Below are positions 49,901 through 61,256 of a stretch of 64,000 bases of DNA, one piece after another. A program made the translations under genes and the position numbers. The stretch spans positions 668,899 to 732,898 of the forward strand of contig NMRA01000115.1 in the NCBI GenBank assembly GCA_002633005.1, given 5' to 3'. Position 1 is the stretch's first letter. Each line of letters opens with the position of its first letter. The notes under the pieces were generated by a model. It saw only the letters and a list, made by a program, of their open reading frames with translations. It was not told the origin of the DNA and ran no database searches. Source of the DNA: Phoronis australis (taxonomy: Eukaryota; Animalia; Phoronida).

Positions 49901-50256
49901 TTGAGAAATACAGTTGTCTTCATTTGAGGTTAGCAAAGTCTGTCACAACTTGTTCTAAATCAATGGAATTTGTTTAGGATGCTGGTGATCATTTGCATAA
50001 TGGTAGCTATCCCCCTGGTATCTTGGGAAACTTGGGAATACCGGGTCATATTTTGATTATCATTGCCTTTTGTTATGGCAATATTTACTGTAACTACGGT
50101 ATGTGATTTTACTGATGTTGTCACCGCCTCTCTTTTTCTCTCACTTCAGGGGTGGCTTTGTTAGTTCAGGTGATGATGGCTGAATCTGTAGTGTTCTGTT
50201 TCACCGACACAAAGATCAGCCGTTCAAACAAAGTACAGCCGGCCAAGCCTTCTTGA
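40876..50256 (+). CDS. TMEM244: TMEM244-like (SYS1-family) small membrane protein, 6 exons, about 191 aa
   Basis: Exons 40876-40995 (least certain), 43169-43254, 45311-45402, 46259-46384, 49732-49776, 50150-50256; GT-AG and in phase. Hydrophobic segments and motifs GRMPFNF, VWDYCLTLTLFHILLS, VMLSFPLNWSWWFCIG match the TMEM244 pattern (PFDF...VWDYAISVTILHV...VMLEFPL..WW). Confidence 0.8.
41383..41961. mobile_element. Foldback (palindromic) MITE, copy A
   Basis: Self-complementary arms, e.g. CGAGCAGTCCCTTGTTCAGTTCCCAAAATTGGTAACTCGCCATTTT vs AAAATGGCGAGTTACCAATTTTGCGAACTGAACGAGGGACTGCTCG; ends TAGGCAAT...ATTGTCTA. Confidence 0.75.
42023..42775. mobile_element. Foldback MITE copy B (to about 42556) plus a partial third copy
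   Basis: Same arm sequences as copy A in a palindromic arrangement, followed by another left arm. Confidence 0.65.
43790..43920 (+). pseudogene. THAP-domain-like fragment (DNA transposon relic)
   Basis: PSKYYCSCAVGCNSDVRKLDKYPWMRDLKFFTF has the N-terminal Cys pair and FF-x-F pattern of THAP zinc fingers; no continuation found. Confidence 0.4.
47198..48105. mobile_element. Kolobok-like non-autonomous element with ~305-bp TIRs and a transposase remnant
   Basis: TTAA|AGGCGAAGGCAACC...GGTTGCCTTCGCCT|TTGA. Arms 47198-47503 and ~47800-48105 are inverted copies. Internal ORF 47465-47797 has a THAP-like start MPHCCCVPGCTH and KFIVDLSKVLELFRRCQVCG, a segment typical of THAP-containing Kolobok transposases. 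Confidence 0.75.
48330..48897. mobile_element. PIF/Harbinger-type MITE
   Basis: TIRs GGGCTGTTCCAG(T/C)AAAATCTGT with 3-bp TSD TTA on both sides. Confidence 0.8.
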
Positions 50257-50745
50257 TTCGACCGCCACTTTGATTGAGAGTTGGCAAACTGAGGTCAAAG
50301 CTCCGCGTTGTATTTAACGGGAACGTGCTTTACCGTCTCCATCCAAGTGGAGCTTCTGTAACTCATTTCCAAATCTCAGGTCCAAGTCTATCTTGCCTGG
50401 ATTTGATTAGATGTGACAGGTACTGCTGGTATTCATAGTACAAGTGCTATATGGGGAACAGCTGTGCAGTCTTGATGGATCTGAAACTTTTGGTGCTTAG
50501 CCATCGGATGTCCCATTTCAAGTTCAGAAATGAAAAGTTAAAGGTCAAGTGTGTTGCCGTGGACACATTTTGTGTATGGTGAAGGAATTAAGGTTTGTAG
50601 TCACTGACCAAGCAGGGCATCCATTGTCCGTCAGTATAAAGTTTGGAAGGATGGAGGTTTATTTGAAGTACCGTATGGAGAAAATCCATTAATACCCTTT
50701 ACGTGTGCTTAACGCTGTAAATCCTAGGCATGCAAAACTGTTTAA

Positions 50746-52500
50746 CCCTCTAGCGCCTGACCTACTTTTAGTCATAAAGTACGTTGCACCCGAACCCTCT
50801 TTAGCGTTGTGCTGTGACAACAAGACTGGTCTTGGTAAAATAACAATTATTAGTACTTTTTTGGTCTGTTAAGCATATCGACGATATACCTTGCTGGGAA
50901 CGGGAAAGACTACAGATTGAATCTAATGATAGTTATGAAATAAGATCATACCACAAATACAATGTAAAAAATGGTAGGTTAAACCAACAATGTACTTTTT
51001 CCAACATGCTTGGGGACAATCTAATTTTCTACAAAGTATATTTTTATTTTTCTAGGTATCATAACAAAATTGGGAGGAGTGATACATAAATGCTTGACAA
51101 AAGCACTTTGAAAATGTCGGAGATATAACATAAATACTTTTTGTGCCACTGAAGTTCCACTGACGACCCTAATTTCAGCGGGTTACTTTTGAAAGGTACT
51201 TGCAGTGTGAAAACAACACTTCCCATTTTCATCATTCTCAAGTTAACAGTTTTTACTGAAGATTTCAAGTCTTTATCTTTTTCCTTTGTTTAGGTGTCTC
51301 ATTACGTTCCGGGTCATTGTTAACTTAAAGCTTGAGGTTACGGTTATGCACAAAACAGGGGTCTGGGCACATTATTGCTTTACATACAGCTCATTCGTAC
51401 GGAGTTTCAACTCGCTGCTTGCGAACAGCATGTGCTGACCTTTCGTGTTACTGAACAATTGAAGGAGCATGTTTGAATTTCTGGTTAAACCACATCCCAC
51501 CACGCAGCACCGAAGTTTTGTGGACGGACCTAAGGAGGTTTTCACTGATTAGTTCTTTCGCTACCGATTTTTGGATAGTAGGATTGCGAACGATAAGATA
51601 GACCGAAAATCTGGTTTCTGAACATCGTAGTGTACTAACACTTTTTCAGACGTAATCAGTTACTTACACTTGTCAAAAATATCTTGGCAATCTTTCCTCC
51701 ACACAAATTTTACATTCTTCCGCAATAGAACATTTAGAGGATGCAAAATAGTAGATAAGTTACCTTCCATGGCCTGTGTTGGATAGTAGGATTGTGAACG
51801 ATAAGAAGGACAGAAAGCCACATGTTTTGTGAAGCCATCTTGTTATGACGAAAAAAGAGAAGAAACAGGAGGTAATTCCAAGCAGCAACAAATCACACAA
51901 GGTGCCGCTAGTTAGAGTGCATGAGCACCAATGAAACCAATATATAACAGCGATAGTGTGGAGTCTATCATTAGCTCTTTTTTGCCTGTCAGTTTCAACA
52001 ACGGAAACTAGTTGATTTGCGATATGTCAACTCAAAACAAGAAAAATTTAAGATACAAAACAAATCCACACTTCTTTTATGTGAGTTGATTCGTTGATAA
52101 CTTAAATTGACCTCGCCCATGAATATGTTTTATGTCACGATTACGAGGCGGTTCACTTCAACTTCTCCCATTTTCCACTGGTTGTTGAGGAGCAGAAAAC
52201 TGTCATTGTCAAAAGGAACTGGGGATGTCATCAAAACTGTTACTATTTTGTAGTCTTGCCAGGTAGTGGCCGTCATGGAATGCTTGAGGTGTGAGGGATT
52301 ACCTCATTTCGGTGTCGTCACAAAACTTTTTGTTCATGGTGGAAGGCAGACCTTTCCGGTTTGGGCACAAAGTGCCAAAGGATAATGCCCCCCTTTGTTA
52401 AAGTCCCTCATTAGATTTCATCTGGTCTGCCTCATAGATAGTTAGACAGGAGTGTAAAAGGGATGCAGGCGTGAAAGAAATCAGTCATGGTTGTCTTACG
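50746..52500 (-). pseudogene. Degenerate piggyBac (PGBD4-like) transposon: 3' end and C-terminal transposase fragments
   Basis: Terminus TTAA|CCCTCTAGCGCCTGA. Minus-strand fragments FGTLCPNRKGLP, TTWQDYKIVTVLMT, IVT*NIFMGEVNLSYQRI and Cys-rich RVETPYE*AVCKAIMCPDPCFVHN follow the piggyBac motif order, with stops and frameshifts. Confidence 0.75.
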
Positions 52501-53479
52501 TTTTCAATCTTGGTAACACCTGTGCCTACCTCCGGTTTGGTTAACGCCTTCTTCACGCTTTCCTCGCGCCTCCCTCACGCTTACCTCACGTTTTCTTTGT
52601 GTCTTCGGTAGTTGTAACCGTGATGGTGCACGGAGCTAATAAAAATTACATCTAGATCTGCGTGTACAGGTGGTGTTGGTGTACCTGTAATCCATCGTTT
52701 GGCTGAGCAGTCATCTTTCAACAATGAGTTCCAACTAACTCCGTAATTTCGCGTATTGGTCATACAAACGTTCTCTTTAACTCGTCTGAGGTTACATCTA
52801 TGTTGTCCAATTTATGACTCCAAAGCCTGTCCCATCAACAACTTAACAGTGATTAGTAAAGATGATCAAATGCGACCTTGTATAGTGTTCAGTCATGTTT
52901 ACATTGCTGTAGTCTCCGTGAAACTTGATATAGCTGGATATTACTTAATTGGCCCTAAAAGTAGCATATGCAACTTGATACATGTGCATGTACACAAGTC
53001 ATGTATTGCCATTCCATAGATTCTTGCACCGCATTTACGGAACTGAAAATTCCAGTAAACTCCCTTCTGCGGGTTACGGCATCTGGCATTCCCAACCCTT
53101 ACTGCGAGCTTATGTTAAGTCCCCAACCCCTAGTGCGGGTTTATTTATAGCCCCATACCCTTAGTGTTTCGCGTACACATTATTCCCGGGGAATTCTTCA
53201 CTAAAATAGTAACAGTGGTCACCTGTCTGACTCGTCAAATGGTCATGATCAGTCTTCTCAGCATGATGGCTGAATTTGGGATAAATGCGCACACAACTCA
53301 CGTGTTATGCTCAGGCACGTGAAGACAATTGAAATATTCCCTCATGTATACGTGAATCAACATAATATATTCAATAACAAATATGTACAAGTGAGAAGTT
53401 AAGCCCTGGAGTCTGGTGGAGGACCCTGTAAGGGAGCCGGCGCGGCATCACCATGCTGAGGCATCGTAAGCGCTTATCG

Positions 53480-54030
53480 GCAGAAACCATGTCTATTGAA
53501 GCGGACGTGGACTTGGCATGGTCATCGTAAAAACTAGTTAGCATTGTTTGACTGTCTGTAGATATGGAGACTTGTTGTACCCCGGCAGTACGTGCCTCCC
53601 AGATACTGTCCACGGTCTCAGCAAGGTCGTCTGTGTTAGCAATGCTGTGACCTGCCAGGATAGTGCAAATGTCAGGAGGTAGGTTGGTCAGAAACAAAGC
53701 ACGCTTTAAAGTTTGGGGGTTGTCGTTAAGAGCGTTGATATGTTGCATTAGGGCAGTGGGACATTTGCCACCAAAGCCATTAAGTTTCACAAGTTCAATT
53801 CTTCTGAGCCTGGGATTTTCCAAAAGCGTTAATTATACTAGACGCCCATACTTCTTTATGAGAGATGGGTGTATGAGAATAACCTGAACTTCATCAGCTT
53901 TGTTAACATCAAGGGCACTTACCACTTAATCGTATTTCCTTTGGTCCTGTATAACCCCTTTGGTTCCAAACTGAACCTCAACCTTGGTGAACCAATCTTT
54001 GGGCGATTTTGGCCAAGTCGTTATCACTTA
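53480..54030 (-). pseudogene. Gypsy-type gag N-terminal fragment (DUF7041-like), copy 1
   Basis: WPKSPKDWFTKVEVQFGTKGVIQDQRKYD...ALFLTNLPPDICTILA...LAETVDSIWE, interrupted by stops. Confidence 0.7.
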
Positions 54031-54249
54031 TTTACGAAATTTCGGGGGGGGGAACATGGCCCCTTTGGCCCCCTGTAAATCCACCACTGATGTAATGAAC
54101 AAAATGCAAGCAGTTTTACATGTGCAAATGGGTGTAGGATGGGGTGCAAAGTTGATTATGTCTGTGTCTAGCTCATTATTAACATGCTCAATAAAATACT
54201 ATCAATGGAAAATTAACAAAAATAATGACAGGCATATTAAAAGTTTAAA

Positions 54250-54700
54250 TTACCTTCATCAGTCGAGTACACATATTCAAGTTTTCGTTTTCGCTGTGTG
54301 TTTGTTCGGTGCACGAACTATCGTCCGTCGACCGGGAGTAACTTTGCATTATGGTAGCCCATATTGAGGCATGGAATTGGGTTTTTGCAGTAGGTTTTCG
54401 ATCCAAAAAATGTTCAGAGCATACACAAAGATATTTTGGTGGATCCTTTTGATTGATTGCTGACGACCAGAATTTCATTTTATCTTTGTCCCGTGGAATC
54501 GGGTGAAGTTGGTATGGCGGGGGGCACGGACAGTCATCGTGAACAAATCCATGATATTCAAGTCTCCAGTTTCCACAAGTAGAGTTTCTTACGATTGTTA
54601 GTGCAATCCTTCACTGCACAATGTTGTCCACTGCTTTTTCTATATTTTTTCTGTTCAACTTCTGGCGTATTTTCCATCATCTTGGCGAATTTCGCAAGTT
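54250..54700 (-). pseudogene. THAP-domain gene fragment, copy 1
   Basis: CAVKDCTNN...CPCPPPYQLH.IP...W.SAIN..DPPKYLCVCSEHF with a frameshift. Confidence 0.7.
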
Positions 54701-55817
54701 TCAATGTACACACAGTAACGCATGTTATTGTTCAACGCTGACCGGAAGCTCTATACAGGAAATTGCTTTAAAAATGGCGAGAGCTATTCCGCCACAACAA
54801 ACATGTCTCGGATCCTTTCCGGTTCGAGCCAAAAATNGTAACACCTGTGCCTACCTCCGGTTTGGTTAACGCCTTCTTCACGCTTTCCTCGCGCCTCCCT
54901 CACGCTTACCTCATGTTTTCTTTGTGTCTTCGGTAGTTGTAACCGTGATGGTGCACGGAGCTAATAAAAATTACATCTAGATCTGCGTGTACAGGTGGTG
55001 TTGGTGTACCTGTAATCCATCGTTTGGCTGAGCAATCATCTTTCAACGAGTTCCAACTAACTCCGTAATTTCGCGTATTGGTCATACAAACGTTCTCTTT
55101 AACTCGTCTGAGGTTACATCTATGTTGTCCAATTGATGACTCCAAAGCCTGTCCCATCAACAACTTAACAGTGATTAGTAAAGATGATCAAATGCGACCT
55201 TGTATAGTGTTCAGTCATGTTTACATTGCTGTAGTCTCCGTGAAACTTGATATAGCTGGATATTACTTAATTGGCCCTAAAAATAGCTTATGCATCTTTA
55301 TACATGTGCATGTACGCAAGTCATGTATTGCCATTCCGTACATTCTTGCGCCGCATTTACGGAACAGAAAATTCCAGTAAACTCCCTCCTGCGGGTTACG
55401 GCATCTGGCATTCCCAACCCTTACTGCGAGCGTATGTTAAGTCCCCAACCCCTAGTGCGGGTTTATTTGTAGCCCCATACCCTTAGTGTTTCGCGTACAC
55501 ATTATTCCCGGGGAATTCTTCACTAAAATAGTAACAGTGGTCACCTGTCTGACTCGTCAAATGGTCATGATCAGTCTTGTCAGCATGATGGCTGAATTTG
55601 GGATAAATGTGCACACAACTCACGTGTTATGCTCAGGCACATCATGAAGACAATTGAAATATTCCCTCATATACACGTGAGTCAACATAACATATTCAAT
55701 AACAAATATGTACAAGTGAGAAGTTAAGCCCTGGAGTCTGGTGGAGGACCCTGTAAGGGAGCCGGCGCGGCATCACCATGCTGAGGCATCGTAAGCGCTT
55801 ATCGGCAGAAACCATGT

Positions 55818-56330
55818 CTATTGAAGCGGACTAGTTAGCATGGTTTGACTGTCTGTAGATATAGAGACTTGTTGTACCCCGGCAGTACGTGCCTGCCAGA
55901 TACTGTCCACGGTCTCAGCAAGGTCGACTGTGTTAGCAATGCTGTGACCTGCCAGGATAGTGCGAATGACAGGAGGTAGGTTTGTCAGAAACAAAGCACG
56001 CTTTAAAGTTTGGGGGTTGTCGTTAAGAGCGTTGATATGTTGCATTAGGGCATTGGGACATTTGCCACCAAAGCCATTAAGTTTCAAAAGTTCAATTCTT
56101 CTGAGCCTGGGATTTTCCAAAAGCGTTAATTAAACTAGACGCCCATACTTCTTTGTGAGAGATGGGTGTATGAGAATAACCTGAACTTCATCAGCTTTGT
56201 TAACATCAAGGGCACTTACTACATAATCGTATTTCCTTTGGTCCTGTATAACCCCTTTGGTTCCAAACTGAACCTCAACCTTGGTGAACCAAGCTTTGGG
56301 CGATTTTGGCCAAGCCGGTATCACTTATTT
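55818..56330 (-). pseudogene. Gypsy-type gag N-terminal fragment (DUF7041-like), copy 2
   Basis: IPAWPKSPKAWFTKVEVQFGTKGVIQDQRKYDYVVSALD...*...ALFLTNLPPVIRTILA. Confidence 0.7.
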
Positions 56331-56589
56331 ACGAAATTTCAGGGGGGGAACATGGCCCCTTTGGCCCCCTGTAAATCCACCACTGATGTAATGAACAAAA
56401 TGCAAGCAGTTTTACATGTGCAAATGGGTGTAGGATGGGGTGCAAAGTTGATTATGTCTGTGTCTAGCTCATTACTAACATGCTCAATAAAACACTATCA
56501 AATTGAATGGAAAATTAAACAAAAAAATAATGACAGGCATATTAAAAGTTTAAATTACCTTCATCAGTCGAGTGCAAATATTCAAGTTT

Positions 56590-57021
56590 TCGTTTTCGCT
56601 GTATGATTGTTCGGTGCACGAACTATCGTATGTCAACCGGGAGTAACTTTGCATTATGGTAGCCCCTATTGAGGCATGGAATTGGGTTTTTTGCAGTAGG
56701 TTTTCGATCCAAAAAATGTTCAGAGCATACTCAAAGATATTTTGGTGTATCTTTATGATTGATTGCTGACAACCACAATTTCATTTTATCTTTGTCCTGT
56801 GGAATCTGGTGAAGTTGGTATGGCGGGGGACACGGACAGTCATCGTGAACAAATCCGTGAGATTCACAAGTCTCCAGTTTCCACAAGTAGAGTTTCTTAC
56901 GATTGTTAGTGCAATCCTTCACTGCACAATGTTGTCCACTGCTTTTTCTATACTTTTTCTGTTCGACTTCTGGCATATTTTTCGTCATCTTAGCAAATTT
57001 CTCAAGTTTCAATGTACACAC
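56590..57021 (-). pseudogene. THAP-domain gene fragment, copy 2
   Basis: CAVKDCTNNRKKLYLWKLETCESHGFVHDDCPCPPPYQLHQIPQDKDKMKLWLSAINHKDTPKYL*VCSEHF; a C2CH THAP with a premature stop. Confidence 0.75.
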
Positions 57022-59059
57022 AGTAGCGCATGTTATTGTTCAACGCTGACTGGAACCACTATAAAGGAAATTACTTTAAAAATGGCCGCGCGCTTATAGT
57101 TTTAAATATCACAGCTAGGTAAGTTGTGAGTATAGATTTTGAGTTATGCCAGTTGCTTGAAGACAGTGAAGAACAGAATTTTGTAACTTTTTTTGAATTA
57201 GCAAGAGCGATTCAACATTTGTCATAACATCAAGTTCATGTTGATTTTGCAGCCCAAACCTTTACACACAATGTCTTGTCCTCATTCAAGCTGGCCAAAA
57301 TGTGAGTTGATCCTATAACAACAAGCATATAGGCATCTTGATGTGAATTTTTGTTAAATGAGTTATATTGATGAATGGTTTAAGTTGCTCTCTAAAATTG
57401 AAGGTATATAAGCAAGACGTCAATGAGAAACCAAAATATGATGACATCATGTATTCAAAATTCAAAACACTGCCAAAATTTTGTGCATTATTTGTATCGT
57501 TCTGAGCGATCAAACTACAATTTGCTTTGTAGGTTTTTCCATGTAATTTTCTGTCTATTCTACAGCACACATCACGAATTTTTGGCCGACCGGTCGGAAA
57601 TTGGTCGACGGCTGGCCGTCGACCGGTCGGTTGCCGACCGGTCGGCTAAAAATTAGCCGACCGGCAGCCGCCCGCAGTGCTGACTCATAAGGCGACTCCC
57701 CAGCCGACCCTTCAGCCGACCCTTCAGCCGACTGGCCATCAGCCGACCAACTGGTCGGCTGCTATTTTTAGGCTACAGTAGCAGTTGCGTAATAGGTTGT
57801 CAGGCTGATACCACTTTGCGTGTCGATGCATATTCGTCTTAGCACAGGGTCAAATAAATTAACCTAGTTCCACTGTCTCCGTTGCATGAGTTTACATCGG
57901 TTGTGTAACACCAATAATTCGAAGGTTGAAGGCCAGCGGTAATATTATTGAATTATGGACAGTGCTACAAGTTTTGGTTAAAAGACGTGAATGTTTTCTT
58001 TACATTTGACCTTTAATTTCAATCGTGACGTTAACAAGCTGCATTAGATTGGCTGCTTCCTGGTCAATACAACTCTGTAGTCATTTTGTAAACGCAGCTA
58101 TTTTTGACACTCTTCGCCCACAATTGTTTTTTGTTTGTGATACGCAGTACTGCATCTTTTTGCGTTTTTAAAATTCTCCACGGTACTCCTATCACGTGCC
58201 CATGATGATGGGATAGTGATTGAGTTGTTACACCGCGAAGAGCTCTCACTCCGGGGTTTTTATTTTCATATGATTAACCCTTGCCGTACAGAAGCAAACT
58301 TCACGGTCCAGAATGCCCTAAGCCCACGGACTTCGATGACTCTAACTTCATCATAGGGTTACGATTTCCACGAACTTGGACAGTGACATCAAACACGGAA
58401 TAGCCACTGTTGAGGCTACAACCAATTCTAGCTTTGCGCATTCCGTTTTTAGGGCATCGGTGACGTTAAAATCAGCGCTACTTACATGTATCAGTTCTTC
58501 GTTCACGTTGTTCCAAAAATAAATATTTTCTGTCAACAACATATTGACAAATTATGTATAATAAAACAATTCTGAACGGGAAGATGTGAATACGTGGTGA
58601 AAAGGTATTTGTCTCAACAAGGCATATTTGCGTTAATTTTTTTAAAGCGATTCGATGTCGAAAAAATGATAGAAAATAATCCAAGGTGCAGAATAACTCT
58701 TCTGTGCTCGGCTGTAAGAAGACCTACAACAACTTTTTGAAACTGCGCTCAATTAAAAGAATTCCAGTATGAGAGCGCTTCATAAGAAATGCCAAGCACA
58801 TACCGCGTTAAAAGACAGCGACGTTGGCGTTTCCGGATGCCCATAAAAGTGCTTTGAGCAGAGTGTACAAATCTGTTCATTTCGCTTTTCTACACTGACG
58901 AATACGCCCAACACGGTGTTTNGATGATTTTGCTGAAAAATAATCCACATGATAAACATCAACAACAGCCATTGATGCGTCCCCAAATCTGTCATTAACT
59001 GCTTAATTTCAAAAACGTAGCAAATGTGACTAAAACATTATTTTCAAATTACTACTAAC

Positions 59060-60910
59060 GTGTTGCATTCCCATATGATGACGCAGGTTGACTATTTGGC
59101 GTCACTGGAGTCGGTGTTACTTCGGGTTGCTTGTTTAAACTTCTTAAGATAATATCCACTTTTTGCTCCAGTCTCGAGAGCTGTATCCCGAGCTCTACTG
59201 CCCAAGATGTAGCTGTTTCGTTGTCGACGTCAAGTGACGTTATGCTACACCCGGGATTTGAAACTGACGGTGGCGTACTCGCTATCGCCTTACTAAAGGA
59301 GCATGAGCCTTTCTCTGGTGACGGGTGAAAACTGCATACTAAATTCATCTATCAGGTCTTGATCAAAATTCATTTTAAGCTGGTGTTGATTTCTTGCTGA
59401 TGTCAAATGTTGAAGTGGCCAGCGGTATACGTAATGTTTAATTTATACAGGTAGAGGTGAAATAATAGTGGCGACAGGTAAGGTGTGTAGGAAATTCTTA
59501 AAGAGAATACAACAGATTTTCTGTCGCTGTGGCTTGTTGTGCATGATCACACACTACGACTTCCTTGAATAGCAATTGGCCTACTTGGTGAGATCAGAGA
59601 CAAAGATATGCAACATCAGTACTCTGTAGATTTGCAGGATGGTCATAAATCACAGAGAACACACAAGCATCATTGTGTCAATTGAAATTATTGACACTTT
59701 GTCATCTGAGAAGAAAATCGAATATTATCTGCTAAAATTAAAAATCTACAAACAAAGAAATAACTAACATTTACTTAACATGAAGTTGAAAAATCTAAAA
59801 TTGTTCAAAAACCATATTGTGCAAAATTTGTTATTGACTAGGTTAAAATATTAGTTGATGTATACCAACGAATGATAAATAGGCAAAAGTGCTCGGTTTT
59901 CAAAAAAATCGAAACGTAAGTAACAATTTATTATTTACTTTGCCCTTGCTTCTTTTTGTCAAAACATACGTTTAAAGTTTTCCTGGCAATTTGATTTCAT
60001 GGTGGATAATGCTGCGATAGTTTTCATAGCGTTGCATAGGCCTAATGGCAAAAGTAAAAGCAGTATTAGAGTATTTCGGTGTGCCTTTATTTAAGAACAT
60101 TCGACTAAATGGAAGTACATAAAACATCAATTGTGTCTACTTTAATGTCAGTGAAGTCCAATCCCAGGCTATTCCATCAATCATAGAAACAGCGCACTGT
60201 TATTCCCGTTGTAATCACCGAGTCCAGCAGAGTTTGTTTATCGAAGGAGCTGTTTGATTAGCGTTATTTACTCATAGGAAACTATACATGTGTGTAAATG
60301 GCACGTGGTGGTTTTCAATTGTCGGGTTTTCTGAGGTTATTCCTTAATTCCGGGTGGGACAGCGATCTTGGAATGTTTGACTCCCTTCCTGAGTTAAATT
60401 CCTGGGGAACCCGAGAGCTGGGATTGACCGATTCCTGTTCAGAGTCAGTTTCTGTTGGGGATGGCGATCTTGACAATCCCGCTTCCCTGTCCGACTCTGA
60501 GTCAACTTCTGATGGGTATGCTGACATGGACGCGTCTGAGTCTCTACCAGGTGATCCAATGGCCAAAATCTAAAACATTTAAAATGTTCAGAAAGAAGAA
60601 TTTGTACCACAGCCGACTTGTGATTAGTAATCAATAACGTGACATTTTGCGTTTTTACGAAGGTATAATGACACAGTGTTTTTACAGTTTGTCAAAATGA
60701 TCGTTTAGCGAAATAACACTAGTGGTTAAGTGACTTTACCCGCATATGTTAATACTGTATCTTCAGACGAAAAATTCAATTTAAAACACAATTGATTAAT
60801 GCACTTACTGTTATAGATTTAACTTTTCGGAATTTGGATATTGCTGCGAGCGGCTCATCATCATCACTTGACTCGATATTTAAATCATTTTCACAATGCT
60901 GAGTCGTCAT
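59060..60910 (-). pseudogene. Spliced gene of unknown function divergent from the transposase (possibly partly degenerate)
   Basis: Exon 60910-60809 (MTTQHCENDLNIESSDDDEPLAAISKFRKVKSIT|GTAAGT) joins in phase to TTTTAG|60569 (Ser/Asp/Glu/Pro-rich ORF with stop at 60315). A further AG-preceded ORF 59348-59060 contains LSRLEQKVDIILRSL and ends at a GTTAGT donor. Confidence 0.4.
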
Positions 60911-61256
60911 TTCTCAGTTTCAATCTGTTTATCCAAAGTACACTCAGACAATAAATTCAAATTACATGGGCAATAGACCATTAGCAATCTAATGGACGTT
61001 CATCAGAATCCACACGTGATCTATACCGCACGCATTGATTCTAGATAATGACACCGAGAAGATCCAATCAACTGTTTGTCTCCTTAAGCGACTGCGCGTG
61101 ACTTGTTGATATTTATCTCCGATTGTCCCCTTTCTTATGCAAAGCATTTTAGTTGTAGCCTTGATGATAAAGCATCAATCGCCGACAATAGCCTTCGCGC
61201 CGTACCGGTATTAGCCAGGAGACTTGCACTATTGTCATCACTTTGGCTCTTACAGC

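Larger units (their letters stand above)
52512..54836 (-). repeat. 2.3-kb composite unit, copy 1 (THAP fragment + hAT-like end + Gypsy gag fragment)
   Basis: Near-identical to 54838-57085 with scattered substitutions and indels. Confidence 0.9.
54838..57085 (-). repeat. 2.3-kb composite unit, copy 2
   Basis: Direct tandem copy beginning immediately after a single N at 54837. Confidence 0.9.

Noticed and set aside
52581-53164. Short ORFs repeated at 54906-55486
   Set aside because: They recur only because of the duplication; lengths and stops differ between copies and there are no motifs.
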